DNA of 64,000 bases, taken from NCBI RefSeq assembly GCF_009914755.1, contig NC_060937.1. One strand, 5' to 3'. Shown piece by piece: positions 1 through 15,368 of this stretch; the stretch's first letter is position 1, and each line of letters begins with the position of its first letter. A program made the translations under genes and the position numbers. A model generated the notes under the pieces. It searched no databases. It was not told where the DNA came from and saw nothing but the letters and a program-made list of their open reading frames with translations. The DNA comes from the human T2T-CHM13v2.0 reference genome, Homo sapiens.

Positions 1-99
1 TAAGTCATTTTTAAAGATGTTTTAGAAAGCTGAAAAAGATGTGTTTGCTTATTTATAAAATTACTACATATATAAGAAATTATTGCTGCTTTGAAAATT

Positions 100-166
<67 letters not shown>
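100..166. repeat. Compound (TA)n(TG)n(TA)n microsatellite
   Basis: Alternating purine-pyrimidine dinucleotide run read directly. Confidence 0.97.
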
Positions 167-168
<2 letters not shown>

Positions 169-889
169 GTCCCACAGAATAAATATTAATGTCTCAAGTT
201 TACCAAAGTTCAGTTCATGAACACAACTGAAATGTCAGCTGTCCTCAGTAAGAACTGATTCCTGAATGTCAAGTCCCCAAGTAAGTCTGACTTATGCACT
301 GTAGATAAAGGCAGCAGGAGAGCAGTTAGCCTTGTCAAAAGACTTCGCTGGCCTCTTAGGTGCTCATGATAAGGCGATACCCTTCTGATCTGTCATTACT
401 TTGAGCCATACATTTTAAAAGTTTTCATGTAAAGGGTACCAAGTGGGAAAGCCATTGCATCTCTTTACTTTCTTCAAAATAATCAAAGTCTCTAAAAGCT
501 GAAACCTGAGGTACATTCTATCTATGTTTATGAAGGTGAAAATAAGTTCAGAACATTGCAAGATTGTGCTTTTGATGAAGAATTGCTTCACCATTTTTAG
601 CTCCCCTTTTCTGCCTTTTTAAAACTTTCAGTCATTTTTTTTAATGTTGAGCTCTAAACCATAAAAGACTATATGTTTCTTACATGCAAAGCCAGTCTAT
701 TTCATATTTTAAAGTCTGATTCCCATCATAATGTTGGCACTTTAAGAGTACAGTACTAATTAATGTGTTAATACTCTTATAGTGGAGGAACGTTTCTTCC
801 ACTATAAGAAATGCTCCTAGATAGAAGGGCTTTCCTATACAATTTTGGATGTGTTGTATGTCTAGTTTATATAAATTTTGTCAAGAGTG

Positions 890-1100
890 TAGTGTGATTG
901 TTTAGAAATAAAATATGAAGTTGGATTAATTAGATATCAGTCTCAGTTCCTCCACTTGTTAATTACCTAATCTTAAATGATTTAAGTGCTTTTAACTTCG
1001 GATTCCTCAACTTTAAAATGGGGTGTCAATATTCATTTCACGAAACTGTTTTTGTGTTGTAACATATATAAATAAAACAATCAACAAAATGCTAGAAACA
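890..1100 (+). mobile_element. MIR SINE relic
   Basis: Core-like 'cttcggattcctcaactttaaaatgggg' at ~996-1023; boundaries approximate. Confidence 0.6.
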
Positions 1101-1539
1101 TATGCATTTACTTGCACATTTGCCTTCTATTTTGCTTCCCAAAATAATATTGTGTTATATCCTCACTACCTAGAATAGCATCTGATGCATAGTATACACA
1201 CAACAAATATGCATTAATCAATATGTGGACATATAAATATATGTGAAAATATTTATTTAGTTCTCTTTTTATCCATTTAGCATGTTCTCTAATTTCAGGA
1301 CACTGGTTGACTACCACAACAGCTTTAAGCCTGAAAATATTTAACATTTAGTATCATGTAGCCAACTATATATTCCTTCTTGTATTTCCGTAATTTAAAC
1401 TTCCCTGTAACTACAGTCATATTGATGCAAACGTTCCCAAACCTCATAATCTTTCATTTCCATTTATGTCTTCTCTACTCTTCTCAACACTGTTGAAAGT
1501 TTTCAAATAGTACCTCTCTACTCTATTTACTGCTCCTGC

Positions 1540-2075
1540 TTCTCTCCATGGCATTGTGGTTATTTCTGAATAATGCAGCAACTTTCTACCTTACTTACCA
1601 CTCCAGTCTCCAAAACCCCACTGCCTCCTAACCCATTGTCCACAATAATAGCGAATGATTTTTTTATTATCATCCCAAAATAAAATTTTCATGATGATTT
1701 TTTCCTAAAGGCTTCTATATAATATCCAAACACCTTCACATGGAACATAAAGCCTTTCATCATCTGAAATCTATCTACTTCTGTGGCCCACAGTGTAGAT
1801 CGCCACAGGCATTCTACAGGCGTAAGCTCAGTCTACCATGGTCTTCTAGGGCACCTGCATTTATGTGCATCTATGTGTGCCTAGGATACTGCCTTTCTAT
1901 TTCTTTGTTGCTAACTTCTTTTTGAACTACATAACTCACCCTGGGTGTTTCTTCTTTTCTAGTCCCTTCTCTAACAATGTCCCTAATTACATATATACTT
2001 TCCTCTACTGTGGCACCAAAGAGTTGTGTGCATTGATCAACTTACGTTTTGTTCCCTCTGTACACCATAATTCCT
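1540..2075 (+). mobile_element. L2 LINE relic (3' region)
   Basis: 'ccattgtccacaataatagc' and 'atccaaacaccttcacatggaacataaagcctttcatcatctg' resemble the L2 3' consensus; boundaries approximate. Confidence 0.5.
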
Positions 2076-2199
2076 TGACTGATGAAATATCTGGCTAATT
2101 ATTTGTCATATACTACCAGCAACACTGATTCTTCTCCTTCTAGTACCACTATAATCACAATTACTAATAATATTAATAGGTAAAATGGGCTAAAAAATT

Positions 2200-2406
2200 A
2201 CCATTTGCATTATTTCAACCTCTGCGTACATTTATACCTCACTAAAACACTGTGTGTCAGGTACTGTAAATGTCCTCATATTGTATATAAGTAAACTAAG
2301 ATACAGAAAGTTGAAGTCACTTTCCCATAGTCACATAGCTATAGGTGGCAGGTCCAAAAGACAAACTGAGAGTCTAGTCTCAGAGTTTGACCTTCTAACC
2401 ACTATA
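2200..2406 (-). mobile_element. MIR SINE relic
   Basis: 'gtaaactaagatacagaaagttgaagtcactttcccatagtcacatagcta...cttctaaccactata' is the antisense MIR pattern. Confidence 0.7.
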
Positions 2407-3590
2407 AATTCCTACTCATTACTGTTCCATTAGGGACTACTGAATAAATGGTTTTCCAAAAATGCAAACATAACTGAAATAAGAATCAATATCTTTGAGA
2501 CCACAGGTTCATTCTGTAAAGCATTACATTGTTTTAAGTTACATTGGTTTCATAAAAAATTAAATCTAGATTTAAAAGTTTATACATAACTTTGAACATT
2601 CATATAGAGAGAATTTTACTAATAAAGACAACTAAAATGTATGGCTTTCATCTCCAATGCCCTAATACTTCGGAATACTAAATTTAGTAATAAGAAAATG
2701 TGCTGTTTTTAACAGTAAAGTAGGCAATTAATAGTGTGTATTTGAGGTGAGATGAATGGAAAAAGCCTCACAGAGGAGTTCATGTTAAGCCTGGTCTTGT
2801 GTAATGATCAAGCCAGAGAAAGCAAAAAAGGCATTTCAAGTTGACCAACATGAATGGAAAAATGGAGCTGTGAAACAGTTTCCATGAGCAAGGGATAGAA
2901 GTCTGGCATGTTAAAAATGCTAAGCGTCCAAGGGAGGTGACAGATAGTCTTAGGAAAGTACAGACAAATTGTATTGGGGATAACTTGTAAAGAGTATTCC
3001 TGGAAACTCTACTAAGGGGTCTGTCCTTTGTCTTGCAGAAGCCAAACGGCTCTTGAGTAATCTTTACTCGATTGTTTTCAAATGGCTAATGGCAGTATTT
3101 GTTTCATTTTAAAACACATATATTTCTACAAGAGCAGGAAATGAAACTGATATAATCATTAACACTCAGGCTGTATAGGTATAATAGGTGTGAATGGAAG
3201 TCCAAAATCTCTAGCAGGTAAGGAGTATAATTTTGTTTTTCTATAACTCAAATCATTTCTATTTTTATGTCCCATTCTGCCAAAATAACAGGAATTCAGC
3301 TATAGCCATTTGGTTTCCAAACCCTTCCTGGAATCATGACTCATCTCAGAGGTTTTAGAAGATAATTGGAGAGAGGGGCGATCGATCCTCAACCATTACT
3401 CCAGGCATTGTTTAACCTCTGCATACATTTATCCCTCACTAAAACACTGTGTGTCAGGTGCTATAAATGTCCTTCTTGCTTGCTCCCCAGAGTCAAGTCT
3501 GGAGCCTTTGTACCATATACTTTGATCATCCTGCATTTCTACCCTTGGCCCTTATGAAAGTTATTAAATATATATTTATGTAAATATGCC

Positions 3591-3945
3591 TGTATCAGTT
3601 TGTTCTCATGCTGGTGATAAAGATACCCAAGACTAGTTAATTTACAAAAAGAAGTTTAATGAACTCGCAGTTCCACGTGGCTGGGAGGCCTTACAGTCTT
3701 GGCAGAAGGTGAAAGGAATGTCTTACATGTCAGCAAGCGTGAGAGAATGAGAGCCAAGCAAAAGGGGAAACCCCTTATAAAATCATCAGATCTCTTGAGA
3801 CTTATTCACTACCAAGAGAACAGTATGGGGGAAAATGCCCCAGTGATTCAATTATCTCCCACTGGGTCCCTCCCACAATATGTGGGAATTATGGGAGCTA
3901 CAATTCAATATGAGATTTGGGTGGGGGCATGGCCAAACCATATCA
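3591..3945 (-). mobile_element. THE1 (THE1B-like) MaLR solo LTR
   Basis: TG...CA termini (tgtatcagtt ... ccaaaccatatca), ~355 bp, 5-bp TSD atgcc/aggcc. Confidence 0.92.
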
Positions 3946-3969
3946 AGGCCATTCAATGTCTTCTCTAAT

Positions 3970-4094
3970 TTTAGGACTGTAAACTCCCTGAGATTGGGGC
4001 AGAATATATTCATCACTGTGGCATTGTTCTTAGCTCCATACCTGGAACATTTTAATGTTTGTTCACATTTTTCATTAATAAATGAATTAAATGA
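3970..4094 (+). mobile_element. L2 3' tail
   Basis: 'ctgtaaactccctgag...cctggaaca...aataaatgaattaaatga'. Confidence 0.6.
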
Positions 4095-4289
4095 TATCCC
4101 AATTTTCAAATTTTAAGCAAAGATCAGATCAGTGGGAGACGTATTTCTGGACAGGAAGTACTCTTTAGTGCCTATCTATTTACTTCAAAAATATTTTAAA
4201 CTATTTTTTAAAATTAGGTTTATCCATGTATTTGGTTTAATTTTATTAAGAAGGTAACTTTTTTTTCAGAAGATACCTTTTTTTTTCAG

Positions 4290-5600
4290 AAATGATTTGT
4301 TAGACATAAGTGACAAAGAGAAGAGACAATCTTAAGAAAGATCATTGTCTACCTTATTTGTATAGCTATGGAAACAAATGAAGACAAGCCAAATGAGAAA
4401 AAACAGAGGCAAAGGGGTCAGACACAATCGCTTGTCTTTGGCAGAGGCTGAATGACGGGCTGGAGAGTAGGAAAGCTTTATAGTGCGAAAAGGCAAGCTT
4501 TCAGGTATGGCCTTGATAAGAACAGGAGACAGGGAAACACTGGGTAGAAGAGGGCGGTTCCCTGGCAAAGGCCCCACCTTCAAGCTTGGATATCCACAGC
4601 CCTAAGTGGGAACAGGCATATCTGTTTTTGCACCCAAAACGTTGTTTTTTGGCCTGCCACACCCCCCGCATCCTGTACCCATATAAACCCTGAACCCCAG
4701 GTTCCAGGAGAAGATGAGCAGACGAGGAGATCAGGAGATGAGCAGATGAGGAGACAAGGAGGCTAGTAGGCAAGAAGTCATGTAGAGAAAGGGAAAACAG
4801 AAGAAACATCTAAATGCCGAGAGGTGTTCGGCTAGGGGCGGTCGGAGAGGCATTCCGCCACTGGACAGCCTAACTCCAGGGAAAGATCACCTTCACACTC
4901 CATCCCCCTTTCAGTTTCCCATCCATCCTGCTGAGACCCACCTCTTCGACTCAGTAAAACCCCCACATTCATCCTTCAAGTCCGTGTGTGACTTGATTCT
5001 TCCTGGACACTGGATAAAAGCTCAGGATACAGAAAGCTGTCACACTGGCCCTCTACCCTTGCAGAAAGGCAGAGGGAGCTGGTTAACACTTGGGCTGTCT
5101 GCAGAGAGCAGAGCTAAAAGAGCATTATAACACTGGGGTCACAGCCACCCAACCCTAGACACTACTGCAGGGCTGGAACCCAAAGCACTTGCCCTGGCCT
5201 CCGCACCTGCCAATCTGTATGCTCCCCCTCCTGCTAGGGGTTTGAATTTACTGCCGGTGAACAGAGAGCCACACCCCTGTCACATGCTCTGTGAGGGGGA
5301 CCAGGGAACAATCCAATTTCAGTCTGATTGGAGGTTACTGGCATAGAAGAACTGGAGGCAGGCTAACTATGAGCTAGGTATCTTTTGTGAAAAGTTTGGA
5401 CATATATATTTAGTCTTGAGTTGGATGCATAGTACGAAAACAGAAAAATTGGCCATCACTGACCAAGTTCTGACTATTTTCATTGAATTGTTGTGGTTTG
5501 TCTTCCTGGTCTGGTTGTGGCAGAGGTAATGAATCAGAGTTTCACTGTCATTTACTGTCTGGCCACTGTGCATTTGTATATTCAGTCTCATATAGCTTGA
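4290..5600. mobile_element. Older LTR-like element (family uncertain) split by the LTR1-like insertion
   Basis: Flanks rejoin into LTR-like 'gaaagctttatagtg...tcaggtatggcct|gattggaggttactggcat'; outer boundaries approximate. Confidence 0.4.
4514..5321 (+). mobile_element. ERV1 solo LTR, LTR1-like (LTR1/LTR28/MER52 group)
   Basis: Starts 'tgataagaacaggagacagggaaacactgggtagaagagggcggttccctggcaaaggccccacc', ends 'tttca'; 808 bp; 4-bp TSD gcct/gtct. Confidence 0.8.
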
Positions 5601-5679
5601 AACACATATTTAAGGCAACACTGGCAATAATTTTTAAGGCAATAATAATGATACCAGGATCATACAATATACTTTTATA

Positions 5680-5800
5680 TTCAGTCATCAATTCATTTCA
5701 AAAATATTTATTAAGCACCTATCATATTCAATGAACAGTGCTCAATAGTGAAGATATGGCATTAAACAAGACAGACACCTTGATACCATGCTTGCTTTCA
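5680..5800 (-). mobile_element. L2 3' tail
   Basis: 'attcatttcaaaaatatttattaagcacctat...aaacaagacagac'. Confidence 0.6.
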
Positions 5801-6240
5801 GTATTCTTACTATCCAATATACTAGTCCAAACCAGGACAGCTTTTTTCTCATTGATCCAACTATGAAAGCATATTAGAAGTTTTATTTAAAAATTTAGGT
5901 TTTGTGCAAAACTGTTTTATCAAGTAGGCTGCTTCTCACTGCAAGTAACTAACATCCTTTCTCAAAAATCACAGGAATCTGTAGGCTTATGTAATTATTG
6001 CAAGAGTCCTGAATTATTGCAGGTTTTAAGCATGTTTTGATCAAGGCCATGCTACTGTTTTCTTGTTGTTGTTGTTGTTGTTTTACTTTTTGTCATTTTC
6101 AAATTCAAGCTGACCTCTGTCATAGAGGTTAATGGTTAAAAGTTTCATATCTCACATTTGTCCTATATGCCATACAGAAAAAACAAAGTTTCTTTTGTAA
6201 CCAACTATACAAGAAAAGCCCATCAATTGGATCCTAATCC

Positions 6241-6730
6241 TATGCTAGCTTTTTATTACTGCTGTAACAAATTACTACAAATTTAGTAGCATAAAATAAC
6301 ACAAATTTAGCCTCTAACAGTTCTGGAAGTCAGAAGTCTGAAAACAATTTCAGTGGGCCAAAGTCAAAATGCCTGCAGAGCTGGTTCTTTCTGAAGGCTC
6401 TCAGGGGAGAATCTGTTTCCTCATCTCTTTGAACCTCTCGTGTTTTCTTAGAGTGGATGTTTGTATTTCTTGTGGGCTCTTCAAAGTGCATCACTCCAAT
6501 GCACCATCACATCACCTTCTCCTCAAACTTTGACTCCTTCTGAACCCTTCTAATAAAGATTCTTGTAATGACAGTTAGGACCCAACCAAATAATTCTGGA
6601 TAACCTCCACATCTCAAGATCCTTAACTTAACTACATATGCAAAGTACCTTTGCCATATAAAGTAACATTAACAAGTTCTGGGGCACAGGCTGTAGACAT
6701 CTTTGGGAGGCCATTATTTAGCTTACCACA
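6241..6730 (-). mobile_element. MLT1 (MLT1D-like) MaLR LTR
   Basis: 'gctgtaacaaattactacaaatttagtagc...cagttctggaagtcagaagtctg...ggaggccattatttagcttaccaca'. Confidence 0.85.
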
Positions 6731-7097
6731 GGTGCCTAGGCTTGCTTTGTGGTTGTTGAGATAAGCATGGCTTAACCCAATTACGGAGGCAAAAGGGATG
6801 ACATTACAGAGCAAGCTCTAAAGCTGAGAGTACCAAAACCACCATTGCAAAATTTTAACTGAGACAGTGAAAGAGATCTGACCTAACCAACTCTATCTTG
6901 CTTCTAACCTCCACTGTGTCCTTGTTCATTCTTGGGCATAGACTGAACTAACTTTGGGAGGAACTTAGTTTATAGCTTATAGTTTGAAACAAAGCTGATA
7001 ACAGGCCTTTCCCAAGGCGAATCTCCTTCTTGTCTGGGGACTAGACTGCCTTTGTAGGACTAACAAATTAGCCACAAGATTAGAAATTATGGTTTAG

Positions 7098-7407
<310 letters not shown>

Positions 7408-7599
7408 TTAGGAGTCATGCAGCTGGAGGCTACAAGATTTTGTCCCTCCCTAAACTGCTCCTAAGATTAGTGCTTGAGATATTTTGCAGAACCTGTACTT
7501 GATGGATCAGCTGGCACCACCCAGAGTGAAAAACTGTCTCACCTGATTTTGTTGCCCCACCCATGAACTGACTCGGCATAAGAAGACAGCTTCGACTCC

Positions 7600-7960
7600 T
7601 CTGTTAGTCTGTTCTCATGTGACTATGAAGAAATATTCGAGACTGGATAATTTGTAAAGAGAAAAGGTTTAATTTATTCACTGTTCCTCATGGCTGGGAA
7701 GGCCTCAGGAAACTTATAATCATGGTGGAAGAAATGCACCTTCTTCAAGGGCAACAGGAAGGAGAACTGCCAAGCAAAGGAGGAAAAGCCCCTTATAAAA
7801 CCATCAGATCTCATGAGAACTCACTATTACGAGAACAGCATGGGAGTAACCACCCCCCTGATTCAATTACTTCTCAGTGGGTCCCTCCCATGACACGTGG
7901 TTATTGTGGGAACTACAGTTCAAGATGAGATTTGGGTAGGGACATTGCCAAACCTTATCA
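7600..7960 (-). mobile_element. THE1D-like MaLR solo LTR nested in LTR8
   Basis: 'ggcctcaggaaacttataatcatgg...ccaaaccttatca'; TSD actcc/gctcc. Confidence 0.9.
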
Positions 7961-9129
7961 GCTCCCTTTGATTTCATTGCTGACCTAACCAATCAGCACT
8001 CCTGGCTTACTGGCTTCCCCCGACCCACCAAGTGGTCCCTAAAAACTCAGATCCCTGAAAGCTCAGAAAGACTGATTTGAGTCATAATAAAACTCCAGTT
8101 TCCAGCACAGCCAGCTCTGCATGAATTACTCCTTCTATATTGCAATTTCCCTGTTTCGATGAATTGCCTCTGTCTAGGCAACAGGCAAGGTGAACCAATT
8201 GGGTGGTTACAGTATGATCAGATTCATCGTAACTGCCTTGCTGCCCTCAGTAGGCACGGTGAATGCATGCTGGAGAGGCAACAATTCTGTCCATTTCCTG
8301 CTGTCATCTATCAACTTAAGGATAAAAGCAACGTCTCTAGTATGCATGGATACTGAGTGCAAATCTCCAGCATAGAAAATTAAGGAAAAACCACGCCCTG
8401 AACACAGTAAAACAGAATCTTGTCTTTAAAAGATTGTTTTCTAAGGAAGAAGCATCTGGACTGAGGTTCAGTTAGACCAACAAACAAGGTAGAAAAAGTA
8501 CCAGGAGATAGGTAAGTATAGAAATATTTTCCTAAGTAGGTCTGTGGTTAGGGGATAATTTAAATTTTGAAAGATGAGAGAGAAAACTTAATTAGCTGTA
8601 TGGTGTTAATCTCTAATATTTGCTGCTTAAAGCAGCTTTGATTCCTAAGTTAGTGTCTTGAACTGGAAAATTAAAATAAAGTTCTTCATAAAATGAGATG
8701 AGTTTTTAACATTTTATGACATGTTTAACCTTGGTGGTCAGTTCTTCTGAATAACAGCGATGATATCTAATTTTTCAAAGGTACCATGTTTTAAAAGTTA
8801 GCTTTCACTTGGCATATTTAGTCAAGTTTTTTTTTTTTTTTTTATTGAAGAGAAGAAACTAGAAAGCATCAAAGATATTCAGTGAGTTTAGTTGTCTGCT
8901 CTGAGGCAATAAAACATGTTAACTAAACCATCAGTTGTGTGTCCACATAATAATTCACTTTACAGATGTTATTTTAGAATATATTTATTGATATTTAAAC
9001 CAAATATTCTCAAGGTATTTACATCATGCGTTTTTCAAATTTTTTGGTTGTATTTACATTTCAGTGAAGGTAGAAAATGATTATTCACCATTTAATGAAT
9101 TTAATTTTATACCCTTAAAAAGAAAAGTT

Positions 9130-9503
<374 letters not shown>

Positions 9504-10532
9504 TCATATCTGAAAAACAATATGTTTTTCAGATAGTTTAAAACAAACTAAAGTACATGAATATCAAAATTAAGTAGCTTTAATCCTTATTTAGGCTCAA
9601 TGAGAATTGTTTCTTTATAGGCAAATCTCTGCATTGTAAAATAATACCTTTTTAGATAAGTAAAATAACACTTTCCTCCTGAAAGTCATACATTTATAGG
9701 TTTTGTCCTGTCTTTTCAATATTGATGCTCTCAGTCAAGTTATACTAAATTCCAGAGATTATCTCCCATGAGACTACATTTTTTTTTCATCTTTAAATGT
9801 CACTCTCATAAAGGATTAGAAGTAATTCTACAGGTCATTGTTTTCCCTTAAAGGAAATATTTTGAAATAAAGTCCCATAATATATTCAGATAAGGTAGAC
9901 TTCTGTGAAGTTTGAAAATACTACAAAGTGTATCTCTACTTTTAGTGATTCACAATCACGATAATATTCAGAGATCTAAGAAATTCTGAATTAAGTAAAC
10001 CTGGTTAACAGAGTAACCAGAAATTACTCGCCCTGTCATAGATTTCATCAGGTCCTAACATCCAATGACATATCACAGAACTCTGTCATGAACTACTTCA
10101 GAATTTGGTAGTAGCCCTCCCTCCATATGGCATTCTTCATAAATGGCATGCCCCCCCAAAAATGAGTTATATCTCCCAAATGCATGACTTTGATAGCGAG
10201 AATCTGGGTTTGGAGGAGCTGATGAGCCCAGTCTCCACCCTTCACTGCATGTTCACCAAGTGCCCAACATGACTGCTTTCCTGTTCACTAGTTCATCAGC
10301 CAAGAAGCCTAGTTCAGGAGCTTAAAGAAAGAATTTAGGTCACAGCATTAATATTCTCTTCTTCGAATATGATATCACATCTAGGAAGCTACCCTCTGAT
10401 CTAAAAAGGGGAGAATAGAGATTGATAACAATTCTCTACTACTACGTTTGCTCTGAAATCTGTGTCACATAAAAGCAAGAGCCAATACTAAATAAGAGAG
10501 ACAGGTACCAAGGATAGTTTTATACTACTTTA

Positions 10533-10848
<316 letters not shown>

Positions 10849-11928
10849 TTAATTTAGTTTCTAAACAAAAAGAAAATAACCTGATATTAGAACATTCAAA
10901 TATTACAGTACTATGAAAGTATAATTATTGAAAAAACCAAAACAGTATAAGGAAAATAAAATAACTTTATATCAGATTTCAAAATAGCTTTTTAAAACTC
11001 TATAGGAAAGAATAGATCAGACCTATAAGAAGTAAAAAGCAATGCACATATAAAACTGCCTGCACAAACAGGAAGACTTGATTTCTAAGTTTAATATATT
11101 TTACTCAAAAAGGCCTGATGCCTTGTGCACAGTAGGCAAAAGATCTTTTTGAGTAAGTAGAGAAATGTTTCACTTTATAAAATAAATTAAACTAGTGTTG
11201 ACCTAAAGATTTTTATTCTAGCTTTCTAGATGTTAGCTTCTTAACTTTAGGGAATTAACTCTCTGTGTGATAACTATAAAATAAGAGTCTGGATACTCTA
11301 TTAATATGACTCTCTTTTCAGATTCATATTGTATATTCTATTCCACACATTAATTGAATACTCATAATTACTAAAGTATAATTTTAGCTTTTTGAGAGAA
11401 AAAAGAAAAGATCTACACACTGGTTTAAATACTAGAAAGTTGACATATGATTTTAAAGTATAAAAAATTCCTCAAGAAACTAGGATCAATTCTTCTGTGA
11501 AACAAGATAATAAACTGATAAGTCCTGAAACAGATTTTTTAATATAAAAATATTGGAGTATTCGAGAAACTTTTTGGAGAAAAAAATTTACAAGCCCTAA
11601 AGACTGGATTCAAAAAGACTCCTTGTAGATAAACCTCCGTCTAAGAAACCTTAAAATTGGCAAGTTATTTTTAGACAGAAAAGAAATGCGTCCCAGATCA
11701 TTGAAATAGTCTGTTCAAATTCTTAACTTTCCAGTTTCATATCTCTTTAAAAAAAAGAAACAAGTCTAAAATCAATGCATTAATTTGAATACAATAACAC
11801 ACATATAAGCACACACATGCACATACACACACAGTTATCAATATTCCTGCATCTACTCAGTTTCTTCAGGCTTTATAGTTTTCTGCTTGGTCATTTTTTA
11901 ACTGATCTCTGCTGTATCATTTCTATTT

Positions 11929-12374
11929 ATTATGACAGAACTGCGCTTCCCAAATAGGTATGTTGAAGTCCTGATGCCTGTGAAAGTGATCTTATTAGGA
12001 AATCAGGTCTTTGTAGATAAAATTATGATGCAAATTACGATGTGGATATGTCAACTATGGTGGACTCTTTATCCAATATAACTGCTGTCTTTATGAGAAT
12101 AGAAGAGACCAGAGACCCAGAAGGAGAACAGCATATGAAGACTGAGGCAGAAACTGGAGGGATGTATGTACAAGCCAGGAAATGCCAAAGATTACTGCTG
12201 TCACCAGAAGCTAGAAGAGAGGCACTAAACAGGCTCTTCTTTAGACCCTCAGTAGGAAGCAACCCTGCTGACCCCTTCATTTTAGAGTTTTTAACCTCCA
12301 TAACCCAGTCAATAAATTTCTGTTAAGTCACCATTTTGTGGTACTTATTATAGCAGTCCTTGGAAAGTAATGCA
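11929..12374 (+). mobile_element. MLT1 (B/C-like) MaLR LTR
   Basis: 'tatgttgaagtcct...gaagactgaggcagaaactggagggatg...caagccaggaaatgccaa...aataaatttctgtt...ggaaagtaatgca'. Confidence 0.85.
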
Positions 12375-12634
12375 CTGTGTGAAGCTGACAACATGAAAAT
12401 TCTAGAGAACTCCATGGCTCCTGATGGTAATTATAATGCAATTTAGAGGATAAGGCTTATTTGACTACTTAATTCAAATTTCAGGTGTGAAATTGTTACA
12501 ATGATGTCCAAATTTATTAATGATTTCTACTTCTTGTCTAATGGGAGAGATAAATTCTAAAATGTTTTCTTATTTTTTGCCTTATTTATAGAAAATTTTA
12601 TAATCCTGACACATTTTAGAACCCATAGGAGCTA

Positions 12635-12820
12635 TAATATGAAAAGGATGGATCAGATTTTGAGGTCAGTAAACTATGAGTCTGAATCCATATTTAGCCT
12701 TTTCTCAGGCTCTGCTAATTTAGGTAGGTCTTTTCTGAGTTTCATTTCTTATCTGATTCATGGTATTGTTGGCAGGATAAATTATATCAGGTTAGTAAGA
12801 TTTCTGTAAAAATATAGAAA
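12635..12820 (+). mobile_element. MIR relic
   Basis: 'tttgaggtcag...tgagtctgaatcc...ttctgagtttcatttcttatctg'. Confidence 0.5.
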
Positions 12821-12868
12821 TACTATGATTTTTTTCTTCACTGTTTTTAAAAGTAAAAGAAGTTAGAA

Positions 12869-13241
<373 letters not shown>

Positions 13242-14365
13242 TTATGTTAACTCATTGGTATGTCTCACTCAGGTGAGTAGTGATGCATCATTCTTGGCAA
13301 GATATTTTCAAACAATAATGGTTCTCTTTCTCATATGAGAGCATTTGCATGTTTTGACTTTTCTAGTCTTTATAACTAATGTTTAATAAACCTGTGCCAC
13401 TTCTAAAGGAATACCAGGACACCAGGAAGAATATTTTGTGGTGTTACTGTTTTAACCTCAACTTCACAGTTTTCACAATAATGCTAGGTAGAAATCCATC
13501 ACTGAAACTCAATTCCCCATCTTTATTTGTAAAAATATTATTAACCTTCTTACAGAAATGGTTTGATTTTCAACGCTTCATGTCCACAATGTTAAAACGG
13601 TTGAAAGTTTCCAGAACCATAAGTCTAACCAACTTTTCTTCACATCATCCGTAGCAAATCATATTACTTTAGGGTATCAAGGAGTCACAATGAGGAAAAA
13701 AAGAAGAACAAAGATTGTTTTTGCTTTTATAACCCTTTGCTCTCACAATTCAACAGTAAATCAACAGTGAACATTTGGTTTGCCCGAGGCAAACATGAAA
13801 TCGGCTTGCCTGTTTGGAGCTTATATTATCTTTTGTTCTTATCTGTAGAGTCTTCAAAATAAGCACAAATTCTTCTCTCTTAGAGACTCTCAGAACCAGT
13901 GGTAGTCCCCACTGAATTTATTCATTTCATCAAAATGATATGAATTTCAGCTGCCCAATTTTGTATTCGTGAAGAATATTGGTAATCTAGTTCAAAAGAA
14001 AGCCATAGAGAAGAATTCATTGCAGCAAACAGATAATTTCCCCTATAGCTAATTCTATTTTTATTCAGACATAGAGACTTGCCTCTGCAAGGCTATTGTT
14101 CTCTCAAGGGAGAAGACAAGTTCGTTGCAGGAAAACTATCTGACTGAACAGATAATTAAGCATACCGGCAAGGCAAGAAGAAAAAGAAAAAACAACAACA
14201 ACAACAAAACAAAACCAACCCCAAACCCTCTTACTCTAGATGATTTTCTTGCCAATAAAATCTGAGAGTCCCCATATCATTCCTCTGTTCAATGCCACAT
14301 TCAAACTTTAATAGTGACCAAAGAAAATATTAAGAAGGTGGAACAGATCAGCAATGGTTTAAAAA

Positions 14366-15368
<1,003 letters not shown>

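Noticed and set aside
4257-4291. Short direct repeat ctttttttt(t)cagaa x2
   Set aside because: Low complexity, ordinary slippage
9790-10010. Possible hAT/Charlie fragment
   Set aside because: Only vague resemblance, no TIR or TSD visible
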